Shown: positions 57,119 to 64,000 of the stretch, piece after piece
Position numbering within the stretch: position 1 is the first letter of the stretch
Layout of the letters: every line of letters begins with the position of its first letter
Assembly: GCA_964016885.1 (NCBI GenBank)
Contig: OZ024751.1
Span: 22,754,001-22,818,000, forward strand
Direction: 5' to 3'
Source: Eledone cirrhosa
Taxonomy: Eukaryota
DNA: 64,000 nucleotides
The notes under the pieces: model-generated
Told to the model about the DNA's origin: nothing
What the model saw: only the letters and a program-made list of their open reading frames with translations
The model's database searches: none
Made by a program: the position numbers and the translations under genes

Positions 57119-57504
57119 TATTTCTTCTTTTGGCACAAGGCCGACAATTATCCCAGTGCATTACTGGTACTTTATTTTATCGACGTCGTAAGGATGAAAG
57201 GCAAAGTCAACCTCGGCAGGATATGAACTCAGATCAGAAAGGGGCGTAACTCTGTGCTGCAAAGCATGGTGTCCGACCATCTACCGATACTGCCAAACCA
57301 CCGCCCTTTCACATAATAATTGTTTCTACTTTAGGCACAAGGCCAGCAATTACCCAGTGCATTACTGGTACTTTATTTTATCGACCCCGTAAGGATGAGA
57401 GGCAAAGTAAACCTCGGCGGTATTTGAACTCAGATCGTAAAGGGACGTAACTATGCTGGAAAGCATGGCGTCCGACCCTCTACCGATACAGCCAATCCAC
57501 CGCC
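57119..57504 (-). mobile_element. Two tandem full-length SINEs
   Basis: Copies at 57119-57305 and 57321-57504. CTTT(T/C)ACATAATAAT occurs three times. Confidence 0.9.
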
Positions 57505-57558
57505 CTTTCACATAATAATATCTACTAGTCGCATCACACACACACACATATATATATA

Positions 57559-57805
57559 TAAGAACAAAGTGGAGGTGTTACATAAGAGATTTATTGTTAC
57601 AAATGTTTCACAAACAACCGGCTGGTGATCCGGGTTGTCGGTCCAGACCAGATTCAAAATCTGCCTGATCCTCACACCAGTGTTATCACAACAAAAAACA
57701 CATCGGATCTGAAACACCTCCACTTTGTTCTTATTATAGACACTACTCCGCATCGAGTACTTTGGTACTCTCACCAGTTTTCTTCGGACTTACTGAACTT
57801 ACTGC
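57559..57805. mobile_element. (TA)n-flanked cassette with a 21-bp inverted repeat and a degenerate hammerhead-like fold
   Basis: TAAGAACAAAGTGGAGGTGTT / AACACCTCCACTTTGTTCTTA, plus the ATCGAGTACT motif. Confidence 0.55.
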
Positions 57806-57964
57806 ATATATATATATATATATATATATTGATAGTCTGCGGTACGGAGACCAGAAAGACCACAACTCAGAGTATTCGATACATGTCATGATGCAGAGTG
57901 AGTGTATTTGTGGAAGTAGAGGTTCAACTCCGAGCTGAGGCTCAGTTAGTTACCTCTTTCTAGC

Positions 57965-58016
<52 letters not shown>

Positions 58017-59088
58017 GCGTGTGCGTGATTGTTATATTGAAAACACGATTGGGTTTCAGTTTGGTTATATTTTATTAATGATGTTTTATATTTCCTTATT
58101 AGTTCTTTATCTTTATTTATCACAATGTCGTGAGATCGATTCCTAGACAACGCAACACGTTGTGTCATTGAATAAAATACTTCACTTCATTTTGTTCCAG
58201 TCACCCAAGCCAGCAATGAGTATTAAGAGCCATAACTGAGGTTAAAACTACAATGGAATAGCGTTCTATCCTGGGTAGTGCCTTGTACACTCAGTCGTTT
58301 AACGACATTGAAATATTTCACTTCACTTTCCTCCAGTCAACCAAGCCAAAAATGACTATTAACAGCAATGACTGGAAGTTAAAACTATCATAGACTGGCG
58401 TTCCGTCCAGGATGGTGTTCTGTGACGCTCAGTCTTTTAACACCAATGAAACCAGAACAAATTCTGACCTGATGAGCCCAAACCCATCCCGCCTCATGGA
58501 ACAGACGGTAACTTTTAAATTATTTGGGTGATACTTCTGTATGTTATCGACTCCAGATCGATAATAAAATCAAACTCAAGTCCAGCAGGGAATAAAACTA
58601 ATCTCATAATATAAAGGGTGTATAACTAAACTAAACAACCCCGTTATTTTTGCTCAGTCCTCTAGCTTGCCTGCCTTCTAATCGCCCATGTATTTATTGC
58701 GTTCACAAAGTTTATAGTTATGGTATTATCATTAGTAAGAAAATCATGGAAAAGGGTTTCATAGAAATTTATGAGAGCAGTAAATGCATATAAATAAGGA
58801 CTGTGAACGCCCTCATAACAGCCGTGAGAATAGAAAACTGTCCTTTATGGCATTTGGCTTTCATCTCACCGGAAACGGTAAACTAAGTGCCAGCCATAAT
58901 ATACATATATGCCTACATATATATACATATATACATACATATTCATACATATATATACATATATATGTTTATATATATACATATTATATTATATCGTAAT
59001 ACATTATATTATATTGATGGCAAACCTATCGATTTTAAGTAACAGCTAGCATCTTTTGTAACACCGGTATTGTATAAATATGTATGTG

Positions 59089-59169
<81 letters not shown>

Positions 59170-59602
59170 GTATATAAACATACATATATATGAGTGCATG
59201 TGTGTATATGTGCATATGCTTGTATGTTTGAGTGCACGTATGTATGCGTGTATGTGTGGATGCATGTATCCATGTATGCATGCGTGTGTGTTTGAATGTA
59301 TTTATGTATGTCAGAGAATGAATGTATACATGCATATATATACACCTAACAGTCTATGCATATGTCTCACTCTTTCTTTCTTTCGATTGCTCAGCATACA
59401 CACACACGTGTGTGTGTGTATGTATATATATAAATATATATACATATACACACATTTGTGTGTGGATATAGAGAAATGGTAGATGAGAGGTATGCATTTA
59501 AAGAGAGAGTGTGGGTGAAAAAACGACATACATGCATGCAGACAGAGAGGTACATACATACATACATACATACATACATACATACGCAAACAGGGTGGAT
59601 AA

Positions 59603-59663
<61 letters not shown>

Positions 59664-59751
59664 CAATCAAGTTTCATAGTTGGATTTTTACATCTTATTT
59701 CGTATTATTGTGAAAATTCAGCCATGTTAAAATTTGATTGACTATATATAT

Positions 59752-59942
59752 ATAATTGTTTCTACTTTTGGCACAAGGCCAGCAATTATTCCAGTGCATT
59801 ACTGGTACTTTATTTTATCGACCCCGTAAGGATGAAAGGCAAAGTTAACCTCGACGGGATTCGAACTCAGAATGGCAAGGGCCGTAACTCTAAGCGTCAA
59901 AGCATGACGTCCGACCTTCTACCGATACTGCCAATCCACCGC
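59752..59942 (-). mobile_element. Full-length SINE
   Basis: Similar to 37928-38114. Confidence 0.88.
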
Positions 59943-60294
59943 GGCAGTACCCCAGCATGGCCTCAGCTAGTTGGCTTGAAAAGGTAAAGGGTTTATATAT
60001 AGATATATATACATGTCTATACGTGCATTGCATTCGCATATACGCATTTACACATCCAAATAAGACATGGTAGTTAAGATAGCAACACGAAGAAAGGACA
60101 ATAAGAATGGTGGACTGTGAGACGGGGGTTGGATGGTGGACCAGATAGGAGAGAGGGGAGAGGGCGGAAGAAACACGAGTGAAATATAAGATCCCGTGAA
60201 AAACAAGACAATAGGCTGTTGGGAAGAGGAGTAGGGATAGGAGAGTTGCGGGTGTATAAATCGCATGTCCTGGTGTCGTCTGTCAGGATATAAA

Positions 60295-61200
60295 GGTGGT
60301 GGTCGCGGTGGTGGTGTTGTTGGTGCTGGTGCTGGTAGTGGTGTTGGTGGTATTGTTGCTACTGGTCGTGCTGGTTGTGTTGGTGATGGTGGTGGTGGTG
60401 GTGTTGGTGTTGGCGGTGTTTGTGATGTTGGTGATGGTGGTGTTTGTGCTGGTAGTGGTGTTGGTGGCGGTGTTGTTGCTGCTGCTGCTGGTCGTGCTGG
60501 TTGTGTTGGTGATGGTGGTGGTGGTGGTGTTGTTGCTGTTGGTGTTGGTGGTGTTTGTGATGTTGGTGATGGTGGCGTTTGTGCTGGTAGTGGTGTTGGT
60601 GGCGGTGTTGTTGCTGCTGCTGCTGCTGCTGCTGCTAGTCATGCTGGTTGTGTTGGTGATGGTGGTGGTGGTGGTGTTGTTGCTGTTGGCGGTGTTTGTG
60701 ATGTTGGTGATGGTGGTGTTTGTGCTGGTAGTGGTGTTGGTGTTGGTGTTGTTGCTGCTACTGCTGGTCGTGTTGGTGATGGTATTGGTGTTGCTGCTGT
60801 TGGTGTTGGTGTTAGTAGAGTTGGTCTTGGTGTTATTGGTAGTGGTGCTGCTGCTGGTGGTGCTGGTGGTGCTGGTGGTGCTGGTGGTGTTGTTGTGGTG
60901 GTGGTTGTGGTGGTAGTAGTGCTGATTATGGTTGTGGGGCTGGTTGCTGTTGTGGTCTCGGTGGTGGTTATCAGGGTGTGATGATTGTGTGGGTAGGTGG
61001 TGGTGGTGGTGGTGGTGGTGGTCAGACAAACAACTAGAATAGGAAGTCGTGAAATGTGTTGAAGTGGAGTGAGGTATTGTTAGTTGGTGGTGGTGGTGAT
61101 GGTGGTGGTGGTGGTGGTGGTGGTGGCGGCGGTGGTGGTGATGGTGGTGGTGGTGGTGGTGGTGGTGATGGTGGTGGTACCGCTGCTGCTGGTTGTAGTG
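60295..61200. repeat. (GGT/GCT/GTT)n compound array
   Basis: Three longer internal units seen directly. Confidence 0.88.
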
Positions 61201-61351
61201 ATTGGGGTTTTGATGTGTTCGTATGTGTCTGTCCAATTGTATATGTGTATATATGTGGACTTACGTAACAGTATATGTATATGTTGATGTAGTAGCAATA
61301 TAATTTATGATGATGGTGGTAGTGTTTGTTGTAGTGGTGGCGGTGGTTTTG

Positions 61352-61395
<44 letters not shown>

Positions 61396-61426
61396 GCTTA
61401 TGTAACAATATATGTATGTATTTGTT

Positions 61427-61470
<44 letters not shown>

Positions 61471-61746
61471 TTGTGTGTATGTGTATGTCCAAGTGTATAT
61501 GTGTGTTTATGTGGACTTATGTAACAATATATGTATGTGTGTGGACTTATGTAATTGTCAGAGAGAAGAGTAGGAACGAGGAGGTAAAGAAATCTGAAAG
61601 AGCGTGGAAGGACGAGGGGGCAGACAGGTGAAAGAGAGATAGAAATAATAAGAGAAAGAAAGTAAGATAGAAAGACTAAGGGGAAAAAGTAAGATAGAAA
61701 GATTAAGAAGAGAAAGAATGTAAGATAGAGAGAAAGAAAGATAGAG

Positions 61747-61825
<79 letters not shown>

Positions 61826-62615
61826 AAAGAAAAGAAAGAAAGAAAGAAAGAAAACGGAAGAAAGACAGAGAGGAAGGATGAAAGACAGAGAGGAAGAAAG
61901 AAAGAAAACAGACGTCCAGACAAACAAGCAACGCGACAGATAAACAGACAGACAAATAGAGCGACACACAAGTAATCAGACTGACAAACAGACAAATAGA
62001 CAGACAGATAGACAGATAGACAGGCACAGTGACAGGTAGACAGAGAATGAAAAGACTAAGAGAGACGGTTATAAAGATTGAGAGAAATGGTTTATTTATT
62101 ATCCGAATGTTCGGATTTCAATATTTCGGAGAAAATTTCGACAAAACAAAGAAACGTATATCATTTGTCATCATTTGTGTTCTGTCATTTTCTTTCTAGG
62201 AGTCATTAAAACTCGGCTGCCATATTGTCTGCATGGAACAACGTGGGGAAAAAAATAGTTTATCTTAATGTCTTTGTGAGGAGTTATGTAATAGAACTGA
62301 GGCCGGATCATTGGAGAATAACTTCAATATTTTAAGTCTTAGGGGAAGGAGAAGAAGAAGTAGAAGAGGAAGTAGAAGAAAGTAGAACTATGGCGCTATA
62401 AACACTATCTCGTCTGTTCGCTGCGTTAGGCCAGGAGAATAGAATGTGGAGAGATAGAGAGAAGAGGGGGGGGGGGAGAATGGAAAAATGTGTAGGGAGA
62501 GAAGAGAGAGGAGGTGTGGAGATAGGAGAAATGATAGGAAAAAGAGGGGAGAGGCAAGAGAGAAGGGAGGGAAGTGAAGAAATGAGAGAGGAGAATGAAG
62601 AGAGGAGAGTGAGAT

Positions 62616-62652
<37 letters not shown>

Positions 62653-62802
62653 GAAAGGAGAGTGTCAAAAGTAAGACTCAATGAAAGGCGTTGTAATTAG
62701 TTCTTTGTTAGGCTGGAGTTGTTTAATGGTTTTCTGTGTAAAGAGAGGAGAGGGAAAGGGAGGCATGGGTCAAAAGGGATAGATAGATGGATAGGTATGT
62801 AA

Positions 62803-62874
<72 letters not shown>

Positions 62875-62876
<2 letters not shown>

Positions 62877-62976
62877 TCCTTATTTGCCACAAGAGCGTAC
62901 AAAATGGAACATTACAAGACATGACGTCGGGGGTTTTACATAAAAGTCATATAACATTAATAAATAATAATAAACT

Positions 62977-63019
<43 letters not shown>

Positions 63020-63182
63020 TGTTTCTTTATTAGCCACAGGGGCACAAAAGAAGGGGACAAATACAAAGGGGGAAGTTTACATACAATAAAAACGTGTAAA
63101 ATGTTATCACAGATGGAATTTAAAAGTTAGTCGATTTTCCCCAATAGGGGGAGACAGTTTATATGGGTAACACATACCCCCG

Positions 63183-63185
<3 letters not shown>
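62875..63185 (-). mobile_element. Two retroelement-like 3' ends embedded in (GATA)n
   Basis: Minus-strand TGTGGC(T/A)AATAA(A/G)GAA runs into (TATC)n. A similar end TGTGGTTAATAAAGAAATC(ATT)n lies at about 5520-5550. Confidence 0.45.
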
Positions 63186-63224
<39 letters not shown>

Positions 63225-64000
63225 TGTAGATATGTAGATATGGATGGATGCAGCGATGAATAGGGAGATGGATAACTGGATGGCTGTATAAGGCTGGATG
63301 AATGGTCAAAGAGAATGTATTTAGGAGATAAATATGAAGCGAAATAGTGTGAGATTGCGTGAGTGGGGTGGGGTGGAGTGTTACAGGAGACAGAAAGATA
63401 CAGACCACGTGATAGCAATAATGGGATGTAGGAGGAGGAGGAGGAGAGTAAAGAGAGAATGGCGTAGAGAGGATTATAAGGAGAGAGAGGGGAACAAAGT
63501 AAGACAAAGAGGAAGTTAGACGTGGTCAGAAACGGGAATCACAGCAAAGATAGAGGGGGAGAGAGATTACAGAGGGAGAAAGAGAAAGAGAGAGGCATGA
63601 GATAATGTTAGATTAGAGAGAGGGCAGAGAGGGGGAGAGATGCAGAGGGGGGATAAGGAGAGGGAGACGTAAGATGATCTTAAATTAGAGAAATGAGGAT
63701 GAGAGAGACTTGGGATAATATTAGATTAGATTAGAGAAAGAGAATGACTTGGGATGTTAGATTAGAGAGAAAGACAGTCAGAGGAAAAGAGAGGAAGGGA
63801 ATGAGAGAGACAGCGACGGAGAGAGGAAGGGAAAGAGAGACAGGCAGAGACAAAGAGAGAAAGGGAAAGAGAGACAGGCAGAGACAAAGAGAGAAAGGGA
63901 AAGAGAGACAGGCAGAGACAAAGAGAGGTAGGGAAAGAGAGGCAGACAGCGACAGAGACAGAGAGAGGAAGGGAAAGAGAGATAGACAGCGACAGAGAGA

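Noticed and set aside
58465-58500. CTGATGAGCC (also CTGATGA at about 5782)
   Set aside because: No GAAA or stem arrangement; the 58465 instance lies in SINE-like sequence.

Overview
This is AT-rich, microsatellite-saturated animal DNA. The SINE family and repeat landscape resemble an octopus/coleoid cephalopod genome (inference). Almost all supplied ORFs are translations of simple repeats, and no intact host gene is recognisable (two weak candidate exons on the minus strand). Recognisable elements are many tRNA-derived SINEs, an R4/Dong-type retrotransposon 3' remnant with a restriction-like endonuclease domain, an RTE-like LINE remnant, several Tc1/mariner-type mini-MITEs and many minisatellites. 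The main hidden signal is about 20 type I hammerhead ribozyme (HHR) motifs, read by eye, from about 11 unrelated sequence families. Each sits in a 150-650 bp non-coding cassette, nearly always between (TA)n tracts and often as a tails-out palindrome. They include a U3-A8 core variant and a CCGA core variant with a long covarying stem II. The architecture matches Penelope-like element (PLE) terminal repeats or retrozyme-like non-autonomous elements, chained in hot spots at 21.2-22.5 kb and 47.4-48.8 kb. Ribozyme activity is predicted from sequence only. Family letters A-L are my own labels, and element boundaries are approximate.
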